From NCBI GenBank assembly GCA_050695215.1, contig JBOGSD010000068.1, positions 25,097 through 89,096 on the forward strand: 64,000 nucleotides of DNA, read 5' to 3'. The stretch is from a bacterium. GTDB lineage: Bacteria > Sysuimicrobiota > Sysuimicrobiia > Sysuimicrobiales > Humicultoraceae. Below the pieces are notes generated by a model. The model was given only the letters and a program-made list of their open reading frames with translations. It was not told where the DNA came from and searched no databases. The position numbers and the translations under genes were made by a program. Positions within the stretch are counted from its first letter, which is position 1; each line of letters starts with the position of its first letter. Of the stretch, positions 1 to 9,182 are shown one piece after another.

Positions 1-1
1 C

Positions 2-763
2 TTCGTCAATCCCCGGATGGCGGAGACCTACCCGCCCTACAGCATGGGGGAGACCGCCGAGATCGTCGCGGAGCGCTATGGCATCACACGGGAAGAGCAG
101 GACGCGTTTGCCTTGGAGAGCCAGCGCCGCACCGCCCGGGCCGTGGCGGAGGGGCGTTTCAGGCGCGAGATCGTCCCCGTGGTCATCCCCCAACCAAAGG
201 GAGACCCCGTCATCGTCGAGACCGACGAGCACCCCCGCCCGGATACCACCGCCGAGCGTCTGGCCCAGCTGGCGCCCGCTTTCAAGAAGGGCGGCACGGT
301 CACCGCCGGCAACTCCTCCGGCGTCAACGACGGAGCCGCCGCCGTCCTGCTCACGTCCGAGCGGGCGGCGGCCGCGCGCGGGCTGGCGCCCCGGGCCCGG
401 CTCCTGGCCTCAGCGGTGGCCGGGGTCGACCCCTCGATGATGGGCCTGGGGCCGATCCCGGCAACGCGCAAGGTGCTGGAGCGCACCGGATTGTCGATCG
501 AGGACATGGACGTCATCGAACTGAACGAGGCCTTCGCCGCGCAGGTGCTGGCCTGCGTCCGCGACCTGCGCATCCCCACCGACCGTCTCAACCCCAACGG
601 CAGCGCCATCGCTCTCGGCCATCCCATTGGGTGCACCGGGGCGCGCCTGATGACAACCCTGCTGCACGAACTGGAGCGCCGCGAGGGCCGCTACGGGCTG
701 GCGACGATGTGCATCGGGGTGGGGCAGGGCATCGCCACGGTGATCGAGCGGATTCCGCACTGA
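2..763 (+). CDS. Acetyl-CoA acetyltransferase (thiolase), 5'-truncated by the window edge
   Basis: C-terminal thiolase motifs [18 protein letters not shown] and CIGVGQGIA; the frame is open to the window start. Confidence 0.85.
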   Translation, partial: FVNPRMAETYPPYSMGETAEIVAERYGITREEQDAFALESQRRTARAVAEGRFRREIVPVVIPQPKGDPVIVETDEHPRPDTTAERLAQLAPAFKKGGTVTAGNSSGVNDGAAAVLLTSERAAAARGLAPRARLLASAVAGVDPSMMGLGPIPATRKVLERTGLSIEDMDVIELNEAFAAQVLACVRDLRIPTDRLNPNGSAIALGHPIGCTGARLMTTLLHELERREGRYGLATMCIGVGQGIATVIERIPH

Positions 764-773
764 GGAGGGCAGC

Positions 774-995
774 ATGAGCGGCGGGGTCGTCGTCGTGGAT
801 CGGACCGGGCTGGCCCTGGCGGCGGGGCAGCGGGTGCGGGTGCTGCGCGAGCCGCCGCAGGAGGGGGAGGTGCGCCGGGTCGTGCCCCGCTACGGGGTCC
901 TCACGGTGATCGTCGATGGGGCGAAAGCGGGGAAGACCGAGCGGATGGTACGCGGTCAGGAGGTCGAGGCACTCGGCGAGCCCGCCGGATCCTGA
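774..995 (+). CDS. Small hypothetical protein (73 aa)
   Basis: ATG lies 11 nt after the thiolase stop, preceded by GAGGAGGG. No domain recognised. The 3' end overlaps a convergent gene by about 40 nt. Confidence 0.4.
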   Translation: MSGGVVVVDRTGLALAAGQRVRVLREPPQEGEVRRVVPRYGVLTVIVDGAKAGKTERMVRGQEVEALGEPAGS

Positions 996-2182
996 ACCCA
1001 CCCCTCCCGTATTTGCCAATAGTGCGCGGCAGTCTCCTGCAAGCGCTGGCGCGCATGTTCGGTCGCCTCGAGCTCGTCGCGGCGCTCGGCCATCTCCCGG
1101 CCGGCCGCCTCTCGCACGGCGGCGAACCACTGCTCCAGCAGAGCGACGTACTGTTTCCCGGTCTCCTCCAGTATGGGACGCTGCTGGGCATCGGCCATCA
1201 TCGCGCGGACTTCGGGACTCTCCATCCGCACGCTGTAGCGCATCTCCGTCTCGCCGTCGACGGGGGTGAACTCCACGGTCACCCTCAGCTGCCCCATCTC
1301 AGGATCCTTGATCAGATAGGTGAAGTCCTCGAACGGGCGCCACTCCAGGATTTCCTCCATGTGGAAGGACCCATCGCCGTGCATACAGTGCGTCGAGGAC
1401 CCAACGCCGCGCCGGCCCTCCGGATGATCTTCCCGCCGGACGATGTCGGGGGAGACCTGGCTGTAGCGTCCCGGCGTCGTCATGTACGCCCAGGCGAGCG
1501 GGGCGGGCGCGGGGATGGACGCGCGCACGGTAAAGTCGGCGTCGGCGGCCCGGAGAAACTCCTGCCGCGTCTCCTGCACCTGGGCCCACCGCGCCTCGAG
1601 ATTGTGCACGTACCCCGGGACCTCCCCAATGTGCTCGTATGTTTCCAGGTGCGGGGCCATCCCGGCCGCCGCGGGGTCGATCTTCATCGCCTCGACGGTG
1701 GCCGCCGTGAGGAGACCGTAGCCGTGCAGTCCCCTCGTCTCGCTCACTGAGTTCTTCAAGAGGCGGTGGACCAGGATGACGTCGCGGCCGGCCAGCTCCT
1801 CTTGCCCCGCGATGCGCTGGCGCACGAAGGTGCCGTTGTGTACGCAGAACTTCAGGCCGAGCCGGGGGATCAAGATACAGGCGTTGCACTGGCAGGTCGT
1901 GGCCCGTCTGATCGACTGGACACGGCGCTGAAAGGCGAAATAGGTGCTCTCCAGGACATCCAGCAGCATCGAGCCGTCGACCTCCGTCTCAGGTGCGTAG
2001 GTGAAGACGGCGTCGCCTTCCAGTTTGGCCAGGCGCAGGGCCGGCTGGAAGCGGCCGATGACCAGCTCCATCAAGTCAGCCAGGATATCCTGCGCGTGGT
2101 CAATTTCCGTGCCGCTGAGGTAACTGGTGTAGCCGGAGATGTCCGCGATGACCAGGCAGGCGCGTTCAGGTTTGTTGAGCAT
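956..2182 (-). CDS. DUF2652 (nucleotidyl-cyclase-like) fused to a C-terminal SRPBCC/polyketide-cyclase-like domain
   Basis: N-terminus LVIADISGYTSYL...KLEGDAVF resembles a class III cyclase fold. The C-terminal approximately 150 aa look START/Bet v1-like. GAGGAGGA lies upstream of the ATG. Confidence 0.7.
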   Translation of the reverse strand: MLNKPERACLVIADISGYTSYLSGTEIDHAQDILADLMELVIGRFQPALRLAKLEGDAVFTYAPETEVDGSMLLDVLESTYFAFQRRVQSIRRATTCQCNACILIPRLGLKFCVHNGTFVRQRIAGQEELAGRDVILVHRLLKNSVSETRGLHGYGLLTAATVEAMKIDPAAAGMAPHLETYEHIGEVPGYVHNLEARWAQVQETRQEFLRAADADFTVRASIPAPAPLAWAYMTTPGRYSQVSPDIVRREDHPEGRRGVGSSTHCMHGDGSFHMEEILEWRPFEDFTYLIKDPEMGQLRVTVEFTPVDGETEMRYSVRMESPEVRAMMADAQQRPILEETGKQYVALLEQWFAAVREAAGREMAERRDELEATEHARQRLQETAAHYWQIREGWVQDPAGSPSASTS

Positions 2183-2306
2183 CGATCCTCCTCGTGGATA
2201 GCCGACTCATCGCGGTGGGCAGGTGCCCCCCTGGCAAATTGGACGCGGGGCGGGGGATTCCTCGCGCCCGGCGGGGAGGGGGCGTGGGAGGCGGCCCCGG
2301 TCTCGC

Positions 2307-2687
2307 TTACTGCACGAACTGATAGGCCAGCACCACCGTGCCGAAGGGCTGGCTGGTCCTCCGGCGCATGATCTCCTGCCCGTCCGCCAGCAGGCGCACC
2401 ACCAGGTCTCCCGCGTCCGTGTCCTTCACGAAGGTCGCGGCGACGGCCACGGCGGTCGTCACCGTGTACTGCGCGGGCACGGTCCCCCGCGCCGAGACGG
2501 TGGAGAGGGGCGTGCCGTAACTCCCGGTGAAGGCCAGCCCCGGCGTGCCTTCCACCAGGATCGTCACCGTCCGTTCTCGCCCCATCTGGGGAGGCGTGGG
2601 AGGCGGAGCGAAGGAGCCGAGGCAGCCGGTGGCGAGAAGCAGGGAGGCGGTGATGAGGCCCAGGATCGGGAGTCGCGGGGGACTCAC
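2307..2687 (-). CDS. Small lipoprotein (signal peptide with LATGC lipobox)
   Basis: N-terminal hydrophobic segment plus lipobox. The start overlaps the stop of the upstream gene by 4 nt. Confidence 0.5.
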   Translation of the reverse strand: MSPPRLPILGLITASLLLATGCLGSFAPPPTPPQMGRERTVTILVEGTPGLAFTGSYGTPLSTVSARGTVPAQYTVTTAVAVAATFVKDTDAGDLVVRLLADGQEIMRRRTSQPFGTVVLAYQFVQ

Positions 2688-3115
2688 GGGGCGTCCTCCA
2701 GGTAGCCTTCCAGATGGGCCCGGATGAACGCCAGCAGTTCAGCGTCGGTGCGCTCGGGGTCGAGGGCGTCCTCCCGGACGAGCGTGAGGGGGGTGCGCAG
2801 CCGGCGCGGCCCCACGAACTCGACGCGGATCCCGGCGGCGTCCTCCTCGACGTCCAGGCGGGAGCCGGGGGCCAGGTCCGCGGCGACGCGGCGGACCAGC
2901 GCCAGGTAACGGTCCAGCCCCGCGTAGTTGTGTAGCGCCGTCATGGCCCGCTCGCGCGCGTCGGCCGTGTCACGGCCGCGTACCAGGTGAGGAACAAAGG
3001 GACGTGCCCCGTCTCCGGAGCCCTCCAGCACGGCGACTTCCACCCGACGGAGGTCCGGACGCTCTACATAGCGGAAGGTGAAGCGGCGGCCGTAAAGGCT
3101 TACTTCCTCTGTCAC
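2684..3115 (-). CDS. Hypothetical protein (143 aa)
   Basis: Bridges the recombinase and the lipoprotein with ATGA-type overlaps on both sides. No recognised domain. Confidence 0.45.
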   Translation of the reverse strand: MTEEVSLYGRRFTFRYVERPDLRRVEVAVLEGSGDGARPFVPHLVRGRDTADARERAMTALHNYAGLDRYLALVRRVAADLAPGSRLDVEEDAAGIRVEFVGPRRLRTPLTLVREDALDPERTDAELLAFIRAHLEGYLEDAP

Positions 3116-4020
3116 GTCGGGTATTTCAGCTCCCGTTCTACGACTTCCGATAGGCGTTCTCTTGCGACCTTGGTATACACTCGCGTTGTCTTGGGGTCCT
3201 TGTGGCGAAGGATATCCTGGATGTACTGCAACGGCACGCCCCGGTCCGCGAGCGTCACGCCTGCGGTATGACGCAGGTCGTGGAAGCGCAAGCGCCTCTC
3301 GATAGCGGCATCTTTGAGGTACCTGGCCAGGGCTTTCTCGACCGTCGTGTAGTGCAGCCGTCTCGCGCCTCGCGGTGGCAATGGGATGAACACCGCCCGT
3401 GAGGCGCAGACTGGTCGACGAGCCAGCCAGGACTCCACCGCCTGGACGGCGTCTTCGCTCACCGGCTGGATGGCCTCCGCACCGCCTTTTCCTGTGATCT
3501 TGAGCTGCCTCCGATCAAGCAGAAGATCCACAAGGTCGAGGTTCAGGATCTCGCTGATCCGGAGCGATTGCAGCCCCAGTTCGATGATGGCGCGGTCACG
3601 GAGCCCCCGGTCGTGGCGCGGGATAGCCCGCCTCAGCGCACCGACCTCTTCCGGCAGGAGGAAGTTTGGGGTCCGCTCGGGGACCCTGGGGGGCCGAATC
3701 GATTGAGCGGGGTTGGCGTCCAGTCTTCCAGTCTCCACGAGATACGCGTAGAAGCGCCGAATGGCGACAATACGGCGGGCTCTGGAGCGTGGGGCGAGAC
3801 CGGCACGGGTCATCGCGTGAGCATACCGTCGAACGACGTCTGCGGTGACCGCGGCGAGATCCGTCTTCTGGAGGAACTCCATGAACTGCCGGAGATCCCC
3901 CAGGTACTCGCCGACCGTCCTATTGGACTTGTTGGCGCTGTCCAGATCCCCGGCCCACTCCTGGAGGAGAGGGGGGAGGTCGGCTGGCATGCCGCGGCGG
4001 CGGCCATACGATCTAGCCAT
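3112..4020 (-). CDS. Tyrosine site-specific recombinase, XerC/XerD family
   Basis: C-terminal catalytic region HDLRHT...LGH-like...RVYT with catalytic Tyr. N-terminal SAM-like core-binding domain. The start could instead be at 3990. Confidence 0.8.
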   Translation of the reverse strand: MARSYGRRRGMPADLPPLLQEWAGDLDSANKSNRTVGEYLGDLRQFMEFLQKTDLAAVTADVVRRYAHAMTRAGLAPRSRARRIVAIRRFYAYLVETGRLDANPAQSIRPPRVPERTPNFLLPEEVGALRRAIPRHDRGLRDRAIIELGLQSLRISEILNLDLVDLLLDRRQLKITGKGGAEAIQPVSEDAVQAVESWLARRPVCASRAVFIPLPPRGARRLHYTTVEKALARYLKDAAIERRLRFHDLRHTAGVTLADRGVPLQYIQDILRHKDPKTTRVYTKVARERLSEVVERELKYPT

Positions 4021-4107
4021 AGTGAGCCACCAGGCAATTCAGCCTAATCGTCATTAGACAGAATATACGCGGCTGGCCAGCCAATTCCTCCGGTCCCGAT
4101 GGGCTTC

Positions 4108-4121
4108 CGAACGAGTGTTTG
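4108..4121 (+). promoter_or_regulatory. Candidate LexA (SOS) box CGAACGAGTGTTTG
   Basis: Cheo-type GAAC-N4-GTTC-like palindrome between divergent lexA and the recombinase operon. The same CGAAC-N4-GTTTG form occurs upstream of recA at 39587-39600. Confidence 0.5.
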
Positions 4122-4139
4122 CCCGGCCCGCGGCGCCGG

Positions 4140-4148
4140 TGGTATAAT
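4140..4148 (+). promoter_or_regulatory. Extended -10 element TGGTATAAT for lexA
   Basis: TGnTATAAT lies about 55 nt upstream of the lexA ATG and just downstream of the candidate SOS box. Confidence 0.35.
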
Positions 4149-4204
4149 CCCTCCGCACTCCCGAAGGAGCCCGAACCTCACATCCCTGCAAGGAGGCCGC
4201 CACC

Positions 4205-4828
4205 ATGGGTCGAGCGCTGACGCGGCGCCAGGCGGAAATTCTCACTTTCATTCAACGGTACAGTGAGACGCACGGCTACCCGCCGTCGGTGCGTGAGATC
4301 GGCCGGGCCCTCGGTTTGACCAGCAGCTCGACGGTCCACAGCCATCTGGCTGCGCTGGAAAAGAAAGGCTACCTGCACCGCGACCCATCGAAGCCCCGCG
4401 CGCTGGAGATCCTCCGGGACGAGCACGCCATGGCGCCCAAGAAGATGGTGCCGCTGCCGGTCGTCGGCCGGGTGGCCGCCGGCACCCCGATTCTGGCCGA
4501 GGAGAACATCGAAGACTACCTGCCGCTGCCGACCGAGTTCCTGCGCGACGGCGGCGACGGCGGCTTCATCTTGCACGTCCGCGGCGACAGCATGATCGAC
4601 GACGGTATCCAGGACGGGGATTATCTCATCGTCCGCAAGCAGCCGACGGCCCGGGACGGCGACATCGTCGTGGCCCGTTTGGATGACGGCGCCACCGTGA
4701 AGCGCTTCTACCGTGAGGACGGCCACGTCCGCCTCCAGCCCGCCAACGCCGCCATGGAGGCGATCCGCACGCGCGACGTCCACATCGAAGGCAAGGTTGT
4801 CGGTCTGATCCGCCGGATGGTCTCCTAA
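4205..4828 (+). CDS. lexA: LexA repressor
   Basis: N-terminal winged HTH (GYPPSVREIG). C-terminal S24 peptidase with AAG cleavage site and Ser/Lys dyad (GDSM...KRF). AAGGAGG RBS. Confidence 0.9.
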   Translation: MGRALTRRQAEILTFIQRYSETHGYPPSVREIGRALGLTSSSTVHSHLAALEKKGYLHRDPSKPRALEILRDEHAMAPKKMVPLPVVGRVAAGTPILAEENIEDYLPLPTEFLRDGGDGGFILHVRGDSMIDDGIQDGDYLIVRKQPTARDGDIVVARLDDGATVKRFYREDGHVRLQPANAAMEAIRTRDVHIEGKVVGLIRRMVS

Positions 4829-6741
4829 AAGAGCCGGATCAACCCCACCGGTAGGCGGACGCTGAGCACCCTCGCCAGCAGTTCCAGCGCGAACACGGTA
4901 GACGCGGTATAGAGCACCGCGCGCGGCCAGGGCATCTGCGCGACGCCGACACTGAACCCCAGGACCCAGAGGGCCGCGGCGACCCGGAACCCAACGACCC
5001 AGATCAGCATCATGCAGGCGGCGATCGCCGCCAGGTGGACGAAGGCGCGCCTGATCTGAGGCGCGACTCCCGAGGGCGGGCCGGACCGGTCGGGTTCCTC
5101 CTCGACCTCGTCCTCATCGCCCACGGGGACGCTGCGGCCGCGGATCTCCTGGACGAGTTGGACGACACAGAGGACCGCCCCCGGGATCGCAACGAAAAGC
5201 GGCATCCGTCCCGCGGCTGGTAGGAAACCTCGGGCTTCGACCGCGGCATAGGCAAAGAGGGCAAACAGCCCTACCGACACAACCGTCGCCATGCCCGGGG
5301 CCCATCGCACCGGCGTGGCCCGTTCCTCCTTCTCCCGCGTTCGCAAGGCCCGCCAGGCGCCCCAGATGAAAGGTGAGATCAACAGGATCCCGATGACGAT
5401 GACTGCAGGCCGGTTGAGCCACGTCAGGTTGGGGTAGAGGCTGATCGTCAGGTGAAAGTATCGCTCCAGTGGGCCAGAGAGGACGAACCCGATCAGCAGC
5501 GGGGCGCGCGGCCACCCGGTGACCTTCATAGCGTACCCAACGACGCCGAGGACGATCAGCGCCAGGAGGTCGCCGAACTGCTGCGCCTCCTGGAAGGCCG
5601 CCAGGATCATCATCAGGATGACCGGCGGAGCCACCAAGCTGAACGGAATATGGGTAAGCCGGGCCAGAACCGGGCTGGCCAGGAACATGATCGCCGCGCC
5701 GATGATGTTCGCGAGGGCAAAGGTCCAGATGATGGCGTAGATCAGGTCCAGGTGCTCCGTGACGACGCGGGGTCCGGGGACGACGCCGTAGGCCAGGAGG
5801 GCCCCCATGATCATCGCAGCGGGGGCGCTGCCGGGGACGCTGAAGAGCAGCGTCGGGACCAGGTCGCCCGCCTCCACCGCGTTGTTGGCCGCCTCAGGGG
5901 CGATGATCCCCCGGATGTCCCCCTTCCCGAAGCGGGAGTTGTGCCGCCGGCTGACCGCGGCGGCGTGGCCGTAGGCCATCCACGTGCCTGCGGTGGCGCC
6001 GATGGCCGGCAGCACACCCGCCCAGATGCCGATGAGCGAGCCGCGCAGCAGCAGCCAGCGGTGCTCGACGACGTCGCGCAGTCCCTGCATCCACCCCGAC
6101 CCGAGGTCGACGCGGCGGGCGATGGCACCACCCTTGGCCAGCAGCGAGACCACCTCGGCCAGGCCAAAAATGCCGAGGGCGACGATGGCCAGGTCCAGGC
6201 CGTCCATCAGGTAGAGGCGTTCGAAAGCGAAACGCACCTGGGCGGCCGCGGGAGCGCTCCCGATCGACCCGAGCAGGAGGCCGAGCAGGCCCGCGATGAT
6301 GCCCCGGCGCGGTTCCTTCCCCAGCAGGCTGCCGGCGAAGGAGACGCCCAGGGCGGTGAGCATAAAGAGTTCCGGTGAGCCGAAGGAGAGCACGAGCGGG
6401 CGGGCGATCGGGATCGACAGCGTCAGGCCGAGCGCCCCGATCAGGCCGCCGATGAGCGAGGAAAGATAGGCCGCCGAGAGCGCTCGCGCGGCCTGCCCCT
6501 GCTTGGCCAGGGCGTGTCCCTCGATGACGCTGGTCACCGAGGCGGAGGATCCGGGCGCCCCGATCAGGACGGAGGTGACGGTGTCCGAGGTGTGCACCAC
6601 CGCCAGCGCCCCGGTGAGCAACGCCAGGGCGCCGACGGCGTCCAGTTGCGTGACGAACGGCAACAGGATGGCGACGGCGACGATGCCTCCCATCCCCGGC
6701 AGGATGCCGACGATGATCCCGGCCAACACGCCCAGCAGCAT
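4825..6741 (-). CDS. tctA: Tripartite tricarboxylate transporter large permease TctA with a C-terminal TctB-like 4-TM extension (fusion)
   Basis: About 500-aa TctA core followed by about 140 aa containing four hydrophobic helices where a separate tctB is normally found. The stop overlaps the lexA stop convergently. Confidence 0.8.
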   Translation of the reverse strand: MLLGVLAGIIVGILPGMGGIVAVAILLPFVTQLDAVGALALLTGALAVVHTSDTVTSVLIGAPGSSASVTSVIEGHALAKQGQAARALSAAYLSSLIGGLIGALGLTLSIPIARPLVLSFGSPELFMLTALGVSFAGSLLGKEPRRGIIAGLLGLLLGSIGSAPAAAQVRFAFERLYLMDGLDLAIVALGIFGLAEVVSLLAKGGAIARRVDLGSGWMQGLRDVVEHRWLLLRGSLIGIWAGVLPAIGATAGTWMAYGHAAAVSRRHNSRFGKGDIRGIIAPEAANNAVEAGDLVPTLLFSVPGSAPAAMIMGALLAYGVVPGPRVVTEHLDLIYAIIWTFALANIIGAAIMFLASPVLARLTHIPFSLVAPPVILMMILAAFQEAQQFGDLLALIVLGVVGYAMKVTGWPRAPLLIGFVLSGPLERYFHLTISLYPNLTWLNRPAVIVIGILLISPFIWGAWRALRTREKEERATPVRWAPGMATVVSVGLFALFAYAAVEARGFLPAAGRMPLFVAIPGAVLCVVQLVQEIRGRSVPVGDEDEVEEEPDRSGPPSGVAPQIRRAFVHLAAIAACMMLIWVVGFRVAAALWVLGFSVGVAQMPWPRAVLYTASTVFALELLARVLSVRLPVGLIRLF

Positions 6742-6837
6742 GATGCCCAGCCGCGTGGGCTCGAGCAGCAGGGCCAGCCCGTTGCCGAGGGCCTCTAGCA
6801 GGGCGCGCCCCAGGTACCCTGGTGCGGGGCGGTGAGC

Positions 6838-7917
6838 CTAGATGTCGACGTTGTACTTGGCCCGCAGCAGATCCTTGATGAACTTCTGTACGTCCAGGGT
6901 CACGCGCAGCGACTTGATCACCGTGGCCTCCGACTTGTCGCCGCGGAGGAGCGTGTAGCCTTCCAGCACGTTCTTGCTCTTCTCCTTGAAGTCGGGATCG
7001 GCGTTCATCTTGTCGACCGCCTCCCACAGCGCGTTGAGCGCCTCGGGCGGGGTGCCCTGCGGCACCCAGAGCGCCTTCTGGAAGGTAAAGGCCGGGATCA
7101 GCAGCGCCTGGAGGGCCTTCCAGCGCGTCTGCCCGTCGGGCTTGCGCTTGTGGACCTGCTGGTAGAACTCGTAGATCGTGGGCAGGCGCGGCGCCGCCGG
7201 ATCGCGCCCGAGGACGCCCTGTTCGTTGGTGAAGCCAAAGGTGAAGAGCGCGCGCGCCTTGCCCTCCCGTTCCAGCGGCACCACCTGGGAGAGGTAGGCG
7301 GGCGTCGTCTGATAGTCGATATTGATCTCGCCCCGCTCGAAGGCCAGGCGGGCGGGGCCGCGCCCCTCGAACCCCATCACGCTGCGCACGTTCATGCCCA
7401 GCAGCTCAAACGTCAGCAGGACGGCCAGGTCGAGACCCGTCGCGCCGATGCCGCCGTAAACGAGCGGCTGGGTGGGCTTGAGCACATCCTCGGGCCGGCG
7501 GATCCCGGTGCCGGGCGAGACGTACACCGTGGCGCCGACGCCGTTGACCTTGACCAGTTTCCAGTTCTTGAAGTCGTAGCGCACCTGCGGAACGCCCAAG
7601 ATGTAAGGGATGATCGTCGAGCCGGAGGTGGCCAGGATCTGCAGTCCGTCCGGCTTGGCGTTCTGGACGTAGAAGTTGGCGCCGGTGATGCTGCCCCCGC
7701 CGGGCATGTTGCGCACGGAGACCCGGGGGTTTCCGGCGATGTGTTTTTCGAAGAAGGGCGCCAGGAAGCGCGTCTCGATGTCGGTGCCGCCGCCGGGCCC
7801 GAAGGGCACCAGGATCTCGATGACCTTGCCGGCGAAGTAGGGCGCCTGCGCTTGCGCCGGTCCCAGCCCGGCTGCGACCAGCGCAGCCGCTACCAGTAGA
7901 ACGATCCCCCGTCTCAC
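6838..7917 (-). CDS. tctC: Tripartite tricarboxylate transporter substrate-binding protein TctC (Bug family)
   Basis: Signal peptide followed by a Bug/TctC fold sequence (GGGTD, PGGG motifs). Confidence 0.85.
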   Translation of the reverse strand: MRRGIVLLVAAALVAAGLGPAQAQAPYFAGKVIEILVPFGPGGGTDIETRFLAPFFEKHIAGNPRVSVRNMPGGGSITGANFYVQNAKPDGLQILATSGSTIIPYILGVPQVRYDFKNWKLVKVNGVGATVYVSPGTGIRRPEDVLKPTQPLVYGGIGATGLDLAVLLTFELLGMNVRSVMGFEGRGPARLAFERGEINIDYQTTPAYLSQVVPLEREGKARALFTFGFTNEQGVLGRDPAAPRLPTIYEFYQQVHKRKPDGQTRWKALQALLIPAFTFQKALWVPQGTPPEALNALWEAVDKMNADPDFKEKSKNVLEGYTLLRGDKSEATVIKSLRVTLDVQKFIKDLLRAKYNVDI

Positions 7918-7966
7918 CCCGTCATCCCCCCTGTCTCACCTGTGACGCACGCTCCGATGCACTCCG

Positions 7967-9166
7967 TCACCCGCTGGTTGCGACGGCGCGCGCCGCCGCG
8001 CTCTCGAGCGGCCAGAGCGACACCGGCACGCAGGCAAAGCCTTCCATCAACCGGCGGGCGGTCCGCCGGGTGACGACCTTCTCGGCGACCCATTGCCCGT
8101 CCCGCCGCGCCACCAACGCGCCCACCTCGATCACACCCGCCGGATGGCCGACCCGCACCGTCCGCTCGCCGGCCGGACCGGGACGCGCCGCCTCGTGCGG
8201 CAGCGTCCCCTCGATCTGCGCCGCGACGGAGGTGGCGATGGCTCCCGTGAGCGCGTAGGAGCGGTGCAGCCGGCCCATCGACATGATCCGCCCGACCAGA
8301 TCGATGCGCTCTGCCGCCACCGCCGTCCCCTTCGTCGAGGTGTAGGTCGCCGGCGGCGAGATCCAGGCGAGTTTAGGCACCCCGGGGCTGCGGGAGGTGG
8401 CTTCTTCCATGCTCCGGGCGAGGCCGATGCGCACCCCCGCCGCGGCCCGCACCGCCTCGAGGCGGGAGAGCAGGGCGTCGTCGCCGTCGACCCGGTCCGG
8501 CATCTCCAGCCCGGTGAGCCCCAGATCCGCCGGCCGCACGAAGACCAGGGGGTTGGCCGCGTCCACCAGCGACACGGTGACGCCGCCCACGCCGGGGACG
8601 TCCAGAAGGTCGGTGGGATGGCCCGTCGGCAGCAGCCGTCCCGTCATCGAGCCGCCGGGATCGAGGAACTCCAGGCGGATCTGCCCCCCGCTCCCCGGGA
8701 CGCCGTCAATGACGAAGTCCCCCTCCACCCGCGGCAGCCCGCGGTCGGTAGGGACGTGGGCGATGATGCGCTTACGGGTGTTGGTCTGCCAGATGCGCAC
8801 CACCGTCACCGGGCCGGTCGCCTCCACCATGCCTTCCTCGATGGCAAAGGGGCCGACCGCCGAGGAGATGTTGCCACAGTTGCCGCCGTAATCGACCAGT
8901 GGCGTGGTCACACTGACCTGCCCGAAGGTGTAGTCGACGTCCGCGTCGGGGAGGGACGGCGGGGCAATGATCGCCGCTTTGCTGGTCGTGGACGTGGCGC
9001 CTCCCAGCCCGTCGATCTGGCGGCCGTAGGGGTCGCCGCCTCCGAAGATCGAGAGGATGACGCGGTCGCGGAGCGCCTCTTCGGCGGGGAGGTCTCTGCT
9101 GTGAAAGAAGACGGCCCGGCTGGTGCCCCCGCGCATCAGCACGGCCGGCACCCGACGCTGTCTCAT
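7967..9166 (-). CDS. PrpF/AcnD-accessory family isomerase (2-methylaconitate isomerase-like)
   Basis: N-terminus VPAVLMRGGTSRAVFF matches the PrpF MRGGTSKGVFF motif. Start chosen at the internal Met preceded by GGGAGAGGGG. Confidence 0.75.
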   Translation of the reverse strand: MRQRRVPAVLMRGGTSRAVFFHSRDLPAEEALRDRVILSIFGGGDPYGRQIDGLGGATSTTSKAAIIAPPSLPDADVDYTFGQVSVTTPLVDYGGNCGNISSAVGPFAIEEGMVEATGPVTVVRIWQTNTRKRIIAHVPTDRGLPRVEGDFVIDGVPGSGGQIRLEFLDPGGSMTGRLLPTGHPTDLLDVPGVGGVTVSLVDAANPLVFVRPADLGLTGLEMPDRVDGDDALLSRLEAVRAAAGVRIGLARSMEEATSRSPGVPKLAWISPPATYTSTKGTAVAAERIDLVGRIMSMGRLHRSYALTGAIATSVAAQIEGTLPHEAARPGPAGERTVRVGHPAGVIEVGALVARRDGQWVAEKVVTRRTARRLMEGFACVPVSLWPLESAAARAVATSG

Positions 9167-9182
9167 CCCAGACCCCTCTCCC

